From positions 1-56,438 of the forward strand of contig JANRJP010000028.1 in assembly GCA_033763905.1 (NCBI GenBank): DNA of 56,438 nt, in the 5' to 3' direction. The first letter of the stretch is position 1, and each line of letters starts with the position of its first letter. Position numbers and translations under genes: made by a program. Below are positions 28,787 to 38,565 of this stretch, in pieces. Under the pieces are notes generated by a model. That model had not been told where the DNA came from. It did not search any database and saw nothing but the letters and a program-made list of their open reading frames with translations. Source of the stretch: Gemmatimonadaceae bacterium. Lineage in GTDB: Bacteria > Gemmatimonadota > Gemmatimonadetes > Gemmatimonadales > Gemmatimonadaceae.

Positions 28787-29275
28787 ATGCGGCGGTCGTG
28801 GCGGCCGCTGGTCCGCTGGCTCGTGGCGGCGCTGGTGTGGCTGCCGAGCGTCGCGCACGCGCAGGGCACGCCGACGATCACGGTGACCGGGATGCGCGGC
28901 CTGCTGTTCGGCACGCTCATTCCCGGGGTGCAGGCGCCCGTGCAGCCGACGGACGTGGCGCGCGCCGCGTGGTTCGACGTGCGTGCTGCCCCCTCGAGCC
29001 AACTGCAACTCGTGCTCGCCCTGCCGCTCGCGCTGCAGCACCACTCGACGGCCGAAGTGCCGCTCCGCTACGGGCCGGCCGCCGCGGCGTACTCGATCAC
29101 CAGCAGCACCGCCGATGCCATCGCGTTCGATCCCGCGATACCCTTCACGGTGACACTCCCCGCCTCGGGGCGCGTTCAGGTGTATCTCGGTGCAACCGCG
29201 TTGCCTCCCGTACACGCGACGGCCGGACGATACACCGCGGTGATCACTCTGACGGCCGCGGCCGTGGGCAACTGA
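28787..29275 (+). CDS. Putative minor pilin (DUF4402-like) lacking the N-terminal extension
   Basis: Signal peptide; LLFG, YLGATA, GRYTAVITLTAAAVGN. Confidence 0.7.
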   Translation: MRRSWRPLVRWLVAALVWLPSVAHAQGTPTITVTGMRGLLFGTLIPGVQAPVQPTDVARAAWFDVRAAPSSQLQLVLALPLALQHHSTAEVPLRYGPAAAAYSITSSTADAIAFDPAIPFTVTLPASGRVQVYLGATALPPVHATAGRYTAVITLTAAAVGN

Positions 29276-29277
29276 CG

Positions 29278-30201
29278 ATGCACTTCGAAACGCCACGCGA
29301 TCCTCTGCACCTTCGCCGCCGCCCCGTCGCGCCTCGCGGCCGTGCCGTCGCGCGATGGCTGGTGGTTGGGCTGCTGAGCCTCGCCGCCGTTGCCTCGGGC
29401 GGGAGCCGCCCGGCAGCGGCGCAGGGGGTGCTGATCGCTCCGCAGTCGGTGATCATCGATCACCGGACGCGGAGCGGAACCTTCGAGGTGTACAACCCGA
29501 CGACGCAGCCGGCGGAAGTGTCGATCTCGCTGGTGTACGGGTTTCCGACGACCGATAGCCTCGGCGTGATCGGCGTGTCGACGTACGAAACGCCCGCGCC
29601 GGGTGAACCCTCGGCCGCGGCGTGGTTGCAGGCGTTCCCGCGCCGCTTCGTGCTGAATCCGCAGGAGCGGCAAACGGTGCGGTTGCTTGGCCGTCCGCCG
29701 GCCGGCCTTCCGGATGGCGAGTACTGGTCGCGACTCGTGGTAGCGACGCGTGGGGCGACGCCGACGCGCGATCCGAACGACTCGACGCCGGTGCAGGTTG
29801 CGGTGGCACTCGAGGTACGCACCCTCCTTGGCGTGTTGTATCGCAAGGGCACGCTCCGGACGGCGGTACAGATCGCGAAGATGCAGGTGCAGCCCGGCGA
29901 TGACAGCACCGCGCGCGTGCGCGTGTACTACGAACGTTCCGGGACGGCCGCGTATGTCGGCACGGCGCGCCTGGAGCTGCGCGATGCCGGTGGCCGCGTG
30001 GTGCGCTCGCTGGAGCGTCGATTGGCGGTGTACAAGCCGCTCTCACCGCTGTACGAGCTCCCGATCGGCGGCCTTCCGGCCGGCAACTACTGGGCGGTGC
30101 TGCGGGTGGCCACCGAGCGCGACGACATTGCGGGCGAACTGGTGCTGCGCGCGCCGCCGGTGCGCGACAGCGTGGCGATTGCGATCGCGCCCAAGCGGTA
30201 G
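29278..30201 (+). CDS. Putative periplasmic pilus chaperone (PapD-like)
   Basis: IAPQSVII, FEVYN, FPRRFVLNPQERQTVRL, LPDGEYWSRL; two Ig-like halves. Confidence 0.75.
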   Translation: MHFETPRDPLHLRRRPVAPRGRAVARWLVVGLLSLAAVASGGSRPAAAQGVLIAPQSVIIDHRTRSGTFEVYNPTTQPAEVSISLVYGFPTTDSLGVIGVSTYETPAPGEPSAAAWLQAFPRRFVLNPQERQTVRLLGRPPAGLPDGEYWSRLVVATRGATPTRDPNDSTPVQVAVALEVRTLLGVLYRKGTLRTAVQIAKMQVQPGDDSTARVRVYYERSGTAAYVGTARLELRDAGGRVVRSLERRLAVYKPLSPLYELPIGGLPAGNYWAVLRVATERDDIAGELVLRAPPVRDSVAIAIAPKR

Positions 30202-30207
30202 TGTGAC

Positions 30208-33200
30208 GTGCTTTGGAGGGGTCTTCGACGTCTGACCGCGGTTGCGGCACTCGCCGGCGCGAGTGTCGCGAGCGCTCAGGCGACAGACCCGCCGGACGCC
30301 GTGATCTACAATCTCCAGTTCGAGCGCGCCGAGACGCGTACGCTGGGGATGTACCGGCGCGGCGACACACTCCTCGTGCCGATGCTGGCGTTTTGCGAGC
30401 TCGCCGAGATCCGATGCGCGCTCGAGTCCGACGGTGGACTGCGTGGTACCGTCGCGCCAGACAATCGCGAGCTGTCGCTACCCGCCAGTGGAGACACGCT
30501 GCGCTTGGGTGCGCGCCGCGTGCGGATCGCGCCGGGCGAGCGGTGGCTCGCCGACGGCGACTATTATCTATCGTCTCGCGCCATTGGTGCCCTGTTCGAG
30601 ACCACGCTGAGCGTGCAGTCGGCGGATCTCGTGGTGGTGCTGTCGGACTACAGCCGACTGCCCTACGGCCAGCGGGTCGCGCGCGAGGCGCGTCGTCGCA
30701 GCCTGCGCCAGCAGCCCGGCGGCGCAGTGACGGCGGACAGCGTGCGTCCGATGCAACGGCCGGTCTTCGATGGCGTCGTGGTGGACTACACCGTGCAGGC
30801 GGTGTCGGCCCGCACCGGGCCGTCGCTGGGTGGCACGATCGCGATCGGCACGCACGTGCTTGGCGGCGCACTAACGACTGCGTATTCCCAGAGCAACGCC
30901 CTTGGTCTCGGTGCGCTGCCCTTCCGCGCGACGTGGACCAACGTATGGAACGAGCGGCGTTGGCTGCGACAGCTCCGGTTGGGCGACGCGTCCACGACCG
31001 GTCCATCGAATCGCCTCATTCGCGGCGTGGCGCTCACCAACTCGCCGTACGTTCGCCCGCAACTGCTGGGATCGGCGATCTTCGGCGGCCAGCTGCCGGA
31101 AGGCTGGGCGGTGGAAGCGTATCAAGGGGACCGACTGATCGGCTTTGATTCCCTGGTTGGTCGACGCGACTGGGGGATGACGCTGCCAGTGGGCTTCGGC
31201 GAGAATCTGCTCGACTTCGTGGCCACCGGCCCGTTCGGCGAGACGCGTCGGTTCACGCGCGCATATCGGGTGCTCGCCGAAATGATTCCGTCGCGCACGT
31301 TCGAGTACGGCGTGTCGGCGGGTGCCTGTCAGCTGCAGCCGTGTCGACAGAGTCTGAACGCCGACACGCGATACGGCGTGAGTACGCGACTCACGCTGCG
31401 GACGGGCGTCGATGCCTTCACGCGCGACACGTTGTCGTCGCTGACGCAGCCGTATGTCGGCGCGTCGGCCACCGTGGGCGATGCATTCAGCGCGTCACTC
31501 CTGTCGCAGTGGCAATCCGGCACACGCCTCAACCTCGGCTACGAACCCTCGTTTGCGCAGCGGTACTTCCTGACCGTTTCGCGCAGTGATCCCACGGTGC
31601 GCGCACCCCTGCTGTCGGTGCCGGGCGAGCGTTCGCGCATCGCGGCGACCGCGCTGCTGCGGTCGTCGGAGCAGCAGGACCGCTTCTTCCTGCAGTTGTC
31701 CACGCAACGGATTGCGACGACGACCGGCGTGTTCACGCAGACGCGCAGCACGCTCTCGGCGCAGCAGGGCGCGTTGCGTGTGTCGCCGTACGTGCGCTGG
31801 GATGGCACGACATTCGGGACGCTGACTCAGCAGCGCACGTTCGGTGGCACCGATGTGTTCTACACGATTCCGCGGCGCACGGGCGTCCTGTCCGGTGGCT
31901 TGGTCCGCGGACGCGTCGAACAAAACATCGCCGGCGGACTGCAAGAGGCGAGTCTGTTCGTTGGCCAGCTGTTTCGCGGCTGGTTGCGGGTGGAGGCTGG
32001 CGCGACGCGCCTCGCGGGCAGTCGCGCCACGCTGTGGCTGCTTACGATCAACGGCGATCGCCGTCAGCTCCGCACGTTCACGACCGCCTCGGCCAACCCC
32101 GCGTCCGGGAACGCCATCTCGCAAACGGTGCAGGGGAGCATCGTGGTGGATCGTCGCGGTCGTCAGGCGGATCTCTGGCGCGGCCCCGCCATCGAGCGTG
32201 CGGGGCTCATCGGCCGAGTGTACGCGGATCTCGATGGCGATGGTGCGTTCGGGGCTGGCGATGTGGCGATTCCGGACGTGCAGGTGCGGGCGGGCGGACT
32301 GGCTGCCCGCTCGGGACCAGATGGCGTGTATCGGCTCTGGGATCTCGTGCCGTTCGAGCCGGTGATCGTGCAGTTGGATATGTCGACATCGCCATCGCCG
32401 CTGTGGGTGCCGCGTGCCAGCCGGATTCAGGTGACGCCCGAGCCGCATCGGTACACGGATCTGGATCTCGCGCTCGAACCCGGCGGCATCATCGATGGGC
32501 TCGCCGTGCGTCGCACGAACGGCCGCGAGTACGGGCTCGCCGGCATGCCGATCGAACTCACGCGGGCGGGCGACGACTCGTCGCGCACGATCACCACCTT
32601 CGCCGACGGGGACTTCACGGCGTTTCCCCTGCGAGCCGGGCGCTGGACGGTCAGTGTGCCGCAGCGCTGGTTGCAGGCGACGCGACAGTCGGTGGAGCCG
32701 CAGGTCGTCGTCATTCGGTCGCGGACCGAGGCGGATGCCCCAACCCAGGTGCGCCTGCGACTGCGCCCGGATCCGCTCGTGGATGAGGACGCGGACCGTG
32801 TGTGGGATGATGACGACGTGTGCCCGGGCACGGAGCGGGGAGCCACGGTGGATGCGACCGGGTGCACGGTTGCGCCGCCGCCGGTTGTGGTCGCAGCCGA
32901 TGGCGATGCGGACGCCGACGGCGTCGCCGACTCGCGCGACCAGTGTCCGGACACACCGCGTGGGACACCGGTCGATGCCGCCGGCTGCCGTGTGCTCTTC
33001 GCGCCCAACATCCGCACGGTGGTCCTGCGTGGTGTGGCCTTCCAGACGGGCAAGGCGGTGCTGACCGCGCGCAGCTTCGCTGCGCTGGACGCCGTGGCCG
33101 CGTCGCTGGTGGCGGCACCCGAGGTGCGGATCGAGATCGGCGGGCACACCGACAACGTCGGATCGGCAGTCGCGAATCGGCGCTTGTCGCAGCAGCGCGC

Positions 33201-33366
33201 GGAGGTGGTTCGCTTCTATCTGGGGCGGCGCGGTGTGGCGCTGGACCGGATGACGGCCAAGGGCTACGGGCCGGATCAACCCGTGGCCAGCAACCGGACC
33301 GCGACGGGTCGCGCGCAGAATCGTCGCGCGGAACTGCGACGGCTTGATACGCCGGCGTCCCCGTAA
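30208..33366 (+). CDS. Usher-like outer-membrane protein fused to TSP3-like repeats and an OmpA-like domain
   Basis: LRLGD...GVALTN, GQLPEGWAVEAY, GRVYADLDGDG; C-terminal DADADGVADSRDQCP, EIGGHTDNVG, LSQQRA, GRAQNRR. Confidence 0.72.
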   Translation: MLWRGLRRLTAVAALAGASVASAQATDPPDAVIYNLQFERAETRTLGMYRRGDTLLVPMLAFCELAEIRCALESDGGLRGTVAPDNRELSLPASGDTLRLGARRVRIAPGERWLADGDYYLSSRAIGALFETTLSVQSADLVVVLSDYSRLPYGQRVAREARRRSLRQQPGGAVTADSVRPMQRPVFDGVVVDYTVQAVSARTGPSLGGTIAIGTHVLGGALTTAYSQSNALGLGALPFRATWTNVWNERRWLRQLRLGDASTTGPSNRLIRGVALTNSPYVRPQLLGSAIFGGQLPEGWAVEAYQGDRLIGFDSLVGRRDWGMTLPVGFGENLLDFVATGPFGETRRFTRAYRVLAEMIPSRTFEYGVSAGACQLQPCRQSLNADTRYGVSTRLTLRTGVDAFTRDTLSSLTQPYVGASATVGDAFSASLLSQWQSGTRLNLGYEPSFAQRYFLTVSRSDPTVRAPLLSVPGERSRIAATALLRSSEQQDRFFLQLSTQRIATTTGVFTQTRSTLSAQQGALRVSPYVRWDGTTFGTLTQQRTFGGTDVFYTIPRRTGVLSGGLVRGRVEQNIAGGLQEASLFVGQLFRGWLRVEAGATRLAGSRATLWLLTINGDRRQLRTFTTASANPASGNAISQTVQGSIVVDRRGRQADLWRGPAIERAGLIGRVYADLDGDGAFGAGDVAIPDVQVRAGGLAARSGPDGVYRLWDLVPFEPVIVQLDMSTSPSPLWVPRASRIQVTPEPHRYTDLDLALEPGGIIDGLAVRRTNGREYGLAGMPIELTRAGDDSSRTITTFADGDFTAFPLRAGRWTVSVPQRWLQATRQSVEPQVVVIRSRTEADAPTQVRLRLRPDPLVDEDADRVWDDDDVCPGTERGATVDATGCTVAPPPVVVAADGDADADGVADSRDQCPDTPRGTPVDAAGCRVLFAPNIRTVVLRGVAFQTGKAVLTARSFAALDAVAASLVAAPEVRIEIGGHTDNVGSAVANRRLSQQRAEVVRFYLGRRGVALDRMTAKGYGPDQPVASNRTATGRAQNRRAELRRLDTPASP

Positions 33367-33394
33367 GGTCTGCCGTTCCGTAGGCCGAGCGGTG

Positions 33395-33940
33395 CTACGG
33401 CGTGATCAGTGTGTACGTGATCGCCAGCGTGTAGGTGCCGGGCGTATCGAGCGCCCAACTCCAGATCGTGCGATACACCACGTTCAGCACGGTGCCGTTC
33501 GTGGCGACCCCCGTACCAATCGTGGTCGCCGTCGCGGACAGTGGGGTCGTGGGTACGGCTGGAGCGATACCCCACCGCAGATCGGCACGCGGCTTGTTCG
33601 CGCGGGCCAGCGCGCCGGTGCCGGTGAAGTTCGCGGCGGCCGCGCTGATCTGCACGCGCCACGCGCTGTTGGCCTGCACCGTGATCGTCGGGCCGTTGGT
33701 GTCCTGAAATCCCGCGTCGTAAGCGGCAGCAAGCGGCGGGGTGAGCGCAGTGGCGGTCGACGACAAGGTCATTCGGATCGTGCGCTGCACGGGCATCGAA
33801 ATATTGCGTGTGACCGTGCAGTTGCCGGCGGCCCCGTTCACGGTGCAGTTCTGCGCCGCCGCGGGCGTGGCCGCGCCGACGACCGCGACGGCCGCGAGCG
33901 CGTGCATCCAGTGTGTCGCGCGCACCCGGCGTCGGCTCAT
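33395..33940 (-). CDS. Putative minor pilin, operon 2
   Basis: Paralog of 38566-39117: QNCTVNGAAGNC, ANSAWRVQI, PGTYTLAITYTLITP. Confidence 0.7.
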   Translation of the reverse strand: MSRRRVRATHWMHALAAVAVVGAATPAAAQNCTVNGAAGNCTVTRNISMPVQRTIRMTLSSTATALTPPLAAAYDAGFQDTNGPTITVQANSAWRVQISAAAANFTGTGALARANKPRADLRWGIAPAVPTTPLSATATTIGTGVATNGTVLNVVYRTIWSWALDTPGTYTLAITYTLITP

Positions 33941-34368
33941 CGCAGCGCTCCGCGCCGCAACCGGAAGGCCCCGCGTGCCGTCGTCGCGGCATCCTGCGAG
34001 AACCACTCGCCCGAGATCGTGTCGCCGCGCTGCGTGCCGAGGTGCCGACGCGCAAAGGCCGCACCGCTGAACTGGAGCTCGACGGCGGACGAGGTCTGGC
34101 AACCGGTGATCACGCCGGTTCGAGTGCCGACCAGCACGCCGTTCGCGAACTCCTGCAACTCGAAGGTGCCGCCGAGGACCGCGGTCGTGGAGTCGATGCG
34201 GGCGGTGCCGCTCAGATCGCGCAACTCCGGCGCGGTTTGCTGGCCCGTGTAGACCCAGGTGCCGGCAATGCCCACGGGATCGCACGAGGAGGTCGCGCCA
34301 TCGAGTGCGCAGCCGGTACCGGCGAGCGCTGTCGCGATGAGCCCCGCCATCACGCGCGCGACTCGCAT
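33937..34368 (-). CDS. Hypothetical lipoprotein (lipocalin-like beta protein)
   Basis: LAGTGC lipobox-like signal; IAGTW, ISGEW, GAFRLRR; overlaps both neighbours. Confidence 0.6.
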   Translation of the reverse strand: MRVARVMAGLIATALAGTGCALDGATSSCDPVGIAGTWVYTGQQTAPELRDLSGTARIDSTTAVLGGTFELQEFANGVLVGTRTGVITGCQTSSAVELQFSGAAFARRHLGTQRGDTISGEWFSQDAATTARGAFRLRRGALR

Positions 34369-37190
34369 CACGGTTGCGCCGACCCGCTGCTGCTCGACGG
34401 CACGACGTAGACGCTGCTGGTGCGCGGCGGCGTGCCAATGCGACGCACCGGCCGCGGCGCCACGGTGATGGGAATGACCTGCGCCGCCGCGCCGCCGCGA
34501 ACCTGCACGCGCGGCAGTGCGCCGTCGACTCGCAACGGTTCGCCGAGGGCCGTGAGGTCGAGCTCCACGGCGTAGTCGCCTTCCGGCAGCGCGTCGAACA
34601 CGCTGCGCTGCGCAGCGTCGAGGCCCGAGGTCCATTCCCGCCCTGCCGCGTCGCGCAACACGACGACCGCACGCTCCCACTTCGGAGCGTTCATCATCGG
34701 GCCATCGGTGCGCAGCGTGATGACGAACGTGACCGGCGCCGTGGGCAAGACGGGCAAATCCAGTCGGCCGCGCTTGTCTTCGATCGCGCGAGGCGCCGCG
34801 ACCCAACCCGCTGGCAACGAGCGGGGATCCACGTCGTAGGTGGCGGTGGTATCCATCGCGACGAACCGCCCGTTCGACTCGGCGACAATCGACCGGGTGC
34901 CAGAGCGCACGATCGCGCCGGCAATACCGCGTTCACCGCGGTCGCGAACCCCGTTGCCGTTGCGGTCCTCGAACACCGTCCCGCGCACGCCGCGGCGCCC
35001 CAGCATCGCGAAGGGCGCGCCACGCGTCAGGCGAATCGTCGCGGCCCACGGCGTCGGGCCGTTGACGCTGCTTCGGAACATCGTGTTGCGCTCGGCGTCC
35101 AACGCGAGCGTGAAGCCGGCCGGCAGCAGGACGTCGACACCTGCCACCAACGAGGTGAACGGCGTCGGCTGGTCGGCGAACGCCAGTCGCGCGATCTCGC
35201 CGCGGAGAAACACGCGCGAGTCGGTCTTGGGTAGCGGGACCCGATCTGCCCGCAGACTGGTGGACAGCTGCGAGGCCGGCAGGCCGATGCCAGCACCGGC
35301 GCGATCCAGCGACGCGTCGAACTCGAAGGCGCCGAACTGCGTGAGGCGCGAGACCGACCCCGACATCAACATCCGCTCGGCCGAACGCTCGATCAGCGGA
35401 ATGCCGGTGACACCGCTGCGATTGGCAAAGCGACCCCGGCTCACCGCGCCCTGCAACTCGAAGCCGCGGAGGCGCGCCTGCGCACCGGCGGCGATCGCGT
35501 TCTCGCGGTTGCCGAACACCGTGGTGAGGCCACTCGACGTGAACGACGTCGAGCGCACATCCACGGACACGGTGAACGCATCGGTGACGCGCCATTGCGG
35601 CCCGAGCGTCAACCCCGCGGCGCGAGACGGCTGACCCACGGCGGCGCCATCGCGCGTCTGCCACAGTGACGTCGACAACGTGACGTCGGCGCGCGGGCGC
35701 AAGAAGGCGGTGGCGCTGAACTCGTGCTCGACGCGCGCGAAGCCGCGTGCACCGCCCGGTGCCGATGCGAAGAGCACCGAGCCGCCCACTTGTTCCGCGC
35801 GATGTTCCGCGCGCAGCAAGGCCCCGAGCCCCGACCCAACGCCGAAATCACGGTAGGCCAGCCCGACATCGACGCCGCCGTGCGTCGTCGGCAGTTGCAG
35901 CTCGAGCCCGGCGGCGGACAGGCGCCGACCGCCAAGTTGCGTATCCTCCAGCTGGCTCGCGCGACCGCCGAGGTACACATCGCCGATGCGACGGCCCGCC
36001 GATCCGATCAGATACTGGCCAGCGCCGGCGGCGATCCCGCTCGGTCGCGCTGCGACCACGCGCGCGCGATAGGTCTCGTCATCGTAGCGGGCGGACCCGC
36101 CCAGACCCCAGACGTTGGTGCCGATGACCGACTGATCATTGACGCCGGTGAGCCCGACGTCCGCGCCCCAGCGGCGCGAACTCAGTGACAGCGAGGCAGC
36201 CCCGGGGGTGAAACGCAGACGTCCCAGCGAGCGCAAGGCGAGCACGTCACCCGCCGCGGGGAAGGCGGTGTAGAGTCCGTTGACCTGCACGCCGTCGATC
36301 AGCTCACCCGAAAGTTCGACGCTGCCCGCGGTGAGTGCGCCGGTCGTCGTGGCCGACGTGGCGCCCGACAGCCGAAGCACGGGCGCGCCATCCTGTCCGT
36401 CGATGGACGACGAGATGCGGAAGGACAGCAGCAAGCGCGACTCTGGCACCTCGGCAAATCCGTCGGCGTGGACTTCGACCGCCCAGTCGCCGTCGCTGGC
36501 ATTCGCCGGCACTTCGACCACGAGATCGCGCGCCTGGGTGCGTCGTGCAGCGACCACGCGCGTTTGCGGTTCGACTTCGCTGACGCGCCAATCGGCCGGA
36601 GCGCGCAGCCGCAGCGCGACGACCTCGGACTGATTCCCGCCGTTGCGCACCTGGACCGGCACCGTGACCCGCTGCCCTGGGCGAACACCGAGCACCGTGC
36701 GCAGCGCTTGCAGATGCACGAGCCGATTGGGCTGCAACTGCAGTTCGACCGGCACTTCGATCGCGCCGACACTGGCGGAACGGAAGCGTACGGCCGCCAC
36801 GGTGTGCACGCCGGCGCTCAGCTGGTTGAGCACCTGCAGCGAGAACGTCACCCGCCGGCGCTCATCACCCGCGGGCAGCGCTCCCGTGTTTCGGCCGAGC
36901 ACCGGCACCACACCCAGATCGACGAGATCCCAGTCGACCCGCTCAGTCAACGAGAATTGCTCCGGCACCGGGACGGATACCACGCGCACGGCGCCCGCGT
37001 CGGCGACGTAGCGCAGCGCCGACGCGCGGCGCACCACGATGCCACCGTCCGGGTCACGCGCGATGCTCGCCGCGCTGGAGCCACTGGTGCCAAAGGGCTG
37101 TTGCGCGCGCGCCGGTGCGACGACGACCGCCAGCGCGAGGACCGCGCCAGCGAGCGTCACGAGCGAGGAGCGCGAGCGGGAAGGCATCAC
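34368..37190 (-). CDS. Usher-like outer-membrane protein with N-terminal Ig-like (NEW3-like) domain
   Basis: VQVRNGGN...APADW Ig domain, long amphipathic beta region, RGTVFEDRNGNGVRDRGE, FDALPEGDY. Confidence 0.65.
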   Translation of the reverse strand: MMPSRSRSSLVTLAGAVLALAVVVAPARAQQPFGTSGSSAASIARDPDGGIVVRRASALRYVADAGAVRVVSVPVPEQFSLTERVDWDLVDLGVVPVLGRNTGALPAGDERRRVTFSLQVLNQLSAGVHTVAAVRFRSASVGAIEVPVELQLQPNRLVHLQALRTVLGVRPGQRVTVPVQVRNGGNQSEVVALRLRAPADWRVSEVEPQTRVVAARRTQARDLVVEVPANASDGDWAVEVHADGFAEVPESRLLLSFRISSSIDGQDGAPVLRLSGATSATTTGALTAGSVELSGELIDGVQVNGLYTAFPAAGDVLALRSLGRLRFTPGAASLSLSSRRWGADVGLTGVNDQSVIGTNVWGLGGSARYDDETYRARVVAARPSGIAAGAGQYLIGSAGRRIGDVYLGGRASQLEDTQLGGRRLSAAGLELQLPTTHGGVDVGLAYRDFGVGSGLGALLRAEHRAEQVGGSVLFASAPGGARGFARVEHEFSATAFLRPRADVTLSTSLWQTRDGAAVGQPSRAAGLTLGPQWRVTDAFTVSVDVRSTSFTSSGLTTVFGNRENAIAAGAQARLRGFELQGAVSRGRFANRSGVTGIPLIERSAERMLMSGSVSRLTQFGAFEFDASLDRAGAGIGLPASQLSTSLRADRVPLPKTDSRVFLRGEIARLAFADQPTPFTSLVAGVDVLLPAGFTLALDAERNTMFRSSVNGPTPWAATIRLTRGAPFAMLGRRGVRGTVFEDRNGNGVRDRGERGIAGAIVRSGTRSIVAESNGRFVAMDTTATYDVDPRSLPAGWVAAPRAIEDKRGRLDLPVLPTAPVTFVITLRTDGPMMNAPKWERAVVVLRDAAGREWTSGLDAAQRSVFDALPEGDYAVELDLTALGEPLRVDGALPRVQVRGGAAAQVIPITVAPRPVRRIGTPPRTSSVYVVPSSSSGSAQP

Positions 37191-37194
37191 GGCG

Positions 37195-37671
37195 TCAGGG
37201 CGTGGTCACGGTCAGTCGGTACCGCACCGTCGCCGAGTACGTGGCGGGGATATCGGTGGCCCAGTTGAGCCGCATACGCAGCCGCACGCCGGTGGCGACG
37301 TTGACGCCCACGCCCGGCACAGCGCCACTCCGCACCAGCGTCGGCGTGGCGGACATCGGATTCCACGTCGCGAGGTCGGTGCGCCGCCACTCGAGGTCAC
37401 TCAGCGGCTTCGAGCCGCCAAGGGTGGCATTCAGCGAGAAGATGTCGATGAAGTAGGTGCGTGCCGTCGCGCCACTGACGTTGCGCACGGTGAGCGTCAC
37501 ATCGGACCCCGCTTGGCGGAAGCCCGCGACGAAGTCGGCGGCGGTTGCGGTGCCCACCGATCCGGTGAAGCCCCCCGCCGTGATGCGCGTCTGCTGCGCG
37601 TGCACGGGAAGCGCCACGCTGCACACGAGGCTCACGATGGCCAGGCGAATGCTGCACCACCGGCGCGTCAC
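37195..37671 (-). CDS. Putative minor pilin lacking the N-terminal extension
   Basis: Signal peptide VHA|Q; KPLSDLEW and NWATDIPATY match KPRADLRW and SWALDTPGTY of 33395; GTGA overlap with the chaperone. Confidence 0.65.
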   Translation of the reverse strand: MTRRWCSIRLAIVSLVCSVALPVHAQQTRITAGGFTGSVGTATAADFVAGFRQAGSDVTLTVRNVSGATARTYFIDIFSLNATLGGSKPLSDLEWRRTDLATWNPMSATPTLVRSGAVPGVGVNVATGVRLRMRLNWATDIPATYSATVRYRLTVTTP

Positions 37672-38552
37672 GGACGCACCTCGAGTTCCGCTTGACCGGC
37701 GAGAATCTCGGCGCCGCCGTAGTCGAGCAGCGCCACCGCGACATAGCGGCCCGCGGGCAGCTTCGGCACACGGACGCGGATCTCGCGCGCCGCGCCAGGC
37801 AGCACGGGCGTCGGGGTGAGGCGCTGCGTCGAGACGACGGCATCGTCGAGGGTGCGGTACTCGATGCGCCCGGCGAATGGCACCTGCATCCCGCCCTGGT
37901 TCCGCACCGAGGCCACCACGTCGACACCGAGGGTGTCGCTCGCGGGCTCCGGCGGAATGGGACGATGCCGATCCAGCTTGAGATCGGTCAGCTCGGCGAG
38001 TCGCGCGGCGTTCGGCGGCGCCACGTAGACCTTCACGCCGGTACGCATCTGGACCATCACCTGGCTCGTGTTGCCGGCGGCCGGTGTCGGCGCGCTCTCG
38101 ACGAACACGATGCTCCAGCACGGCGCGGTGATGGGCTGCCCCGCGTCGAACTCGACGCGAACGGTCTGTTCGCTACCGGCGGCCAGTCGCACGTTCGCCG
38201 GGAAGATGCGCACGGCGGTGCGGCAGGAGCCCGGTTGCGAGCCGAGTGGGAAGAAGCGGTTCTCGCCGTCGACCGAGCGATCCCAGTCGTTCACATACAG
38301 CGTGGCCGTGCCTGCCGCGCGGCCATTGTTGCGGACCCGGAACGTGCCGGCGGTGCGTCCGCGGGCGTCCGGGACGAGGTAGAGCTCCAACTCGTCGGTG
38401 TCGAAGGCGGCAGTCGCCGGTGCAGCGGGTGCCGCGGTCTGGGCCTGCGCGTCGGCGATGCCGAGTCCGGCGAGCCCTACCAACGCGAGCCATCCGGCGA
38501 GCGCGTGGTGCTGCGCTCGCCGGATGAAGCCCGTGGTCGTACGTCGAACCAC
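37668..38552 (-). CDS. Putative periplasmic pilus chaperone
   Basis: FRVRNNG, IFPANVRLAAGSEQTVRV, WSIVFVE, GVKVYV, VRNQGG, LPAGRYVAVALLDYG. Start uncertain. Confidence 0.7.
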   Translation of the reverse strand: MVRRTTTGFIRRAQHHALAGWLALVGLAGLGIADAQAQTAAPAAPATAAFDTDELELYLVPDARGRTAGTFRVRNNGRAAGTATLYVNDWDRSVDGENRFFPLGSQPGSCRTAVRIFPANVRLAAGSEQTVRVEFDAGQPITAPCWSIVFVESAPTPAAGNTSQVMVQMRTGVKVYVAPPNAARLAELTDLKLDRHRPIPPEPASDTLGVDVVASVRNQGGMQVPFAGRIEYRTLDDAVVSTQRLTPTPVLPGAAREIRVRVPKLPAGRYVAVALLDYGGAEILAGQAELEVRP

Positions 38553-38565
38553 TCGCGGATCGCGC

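Noticed and set aside
31495..33279. Long antisense ORFs (also 722-2164, 40989-42851, 48876-50687 and others)
   Set aside because: Expected in high-GC DNA opposite real genes; no recognisable motifs.
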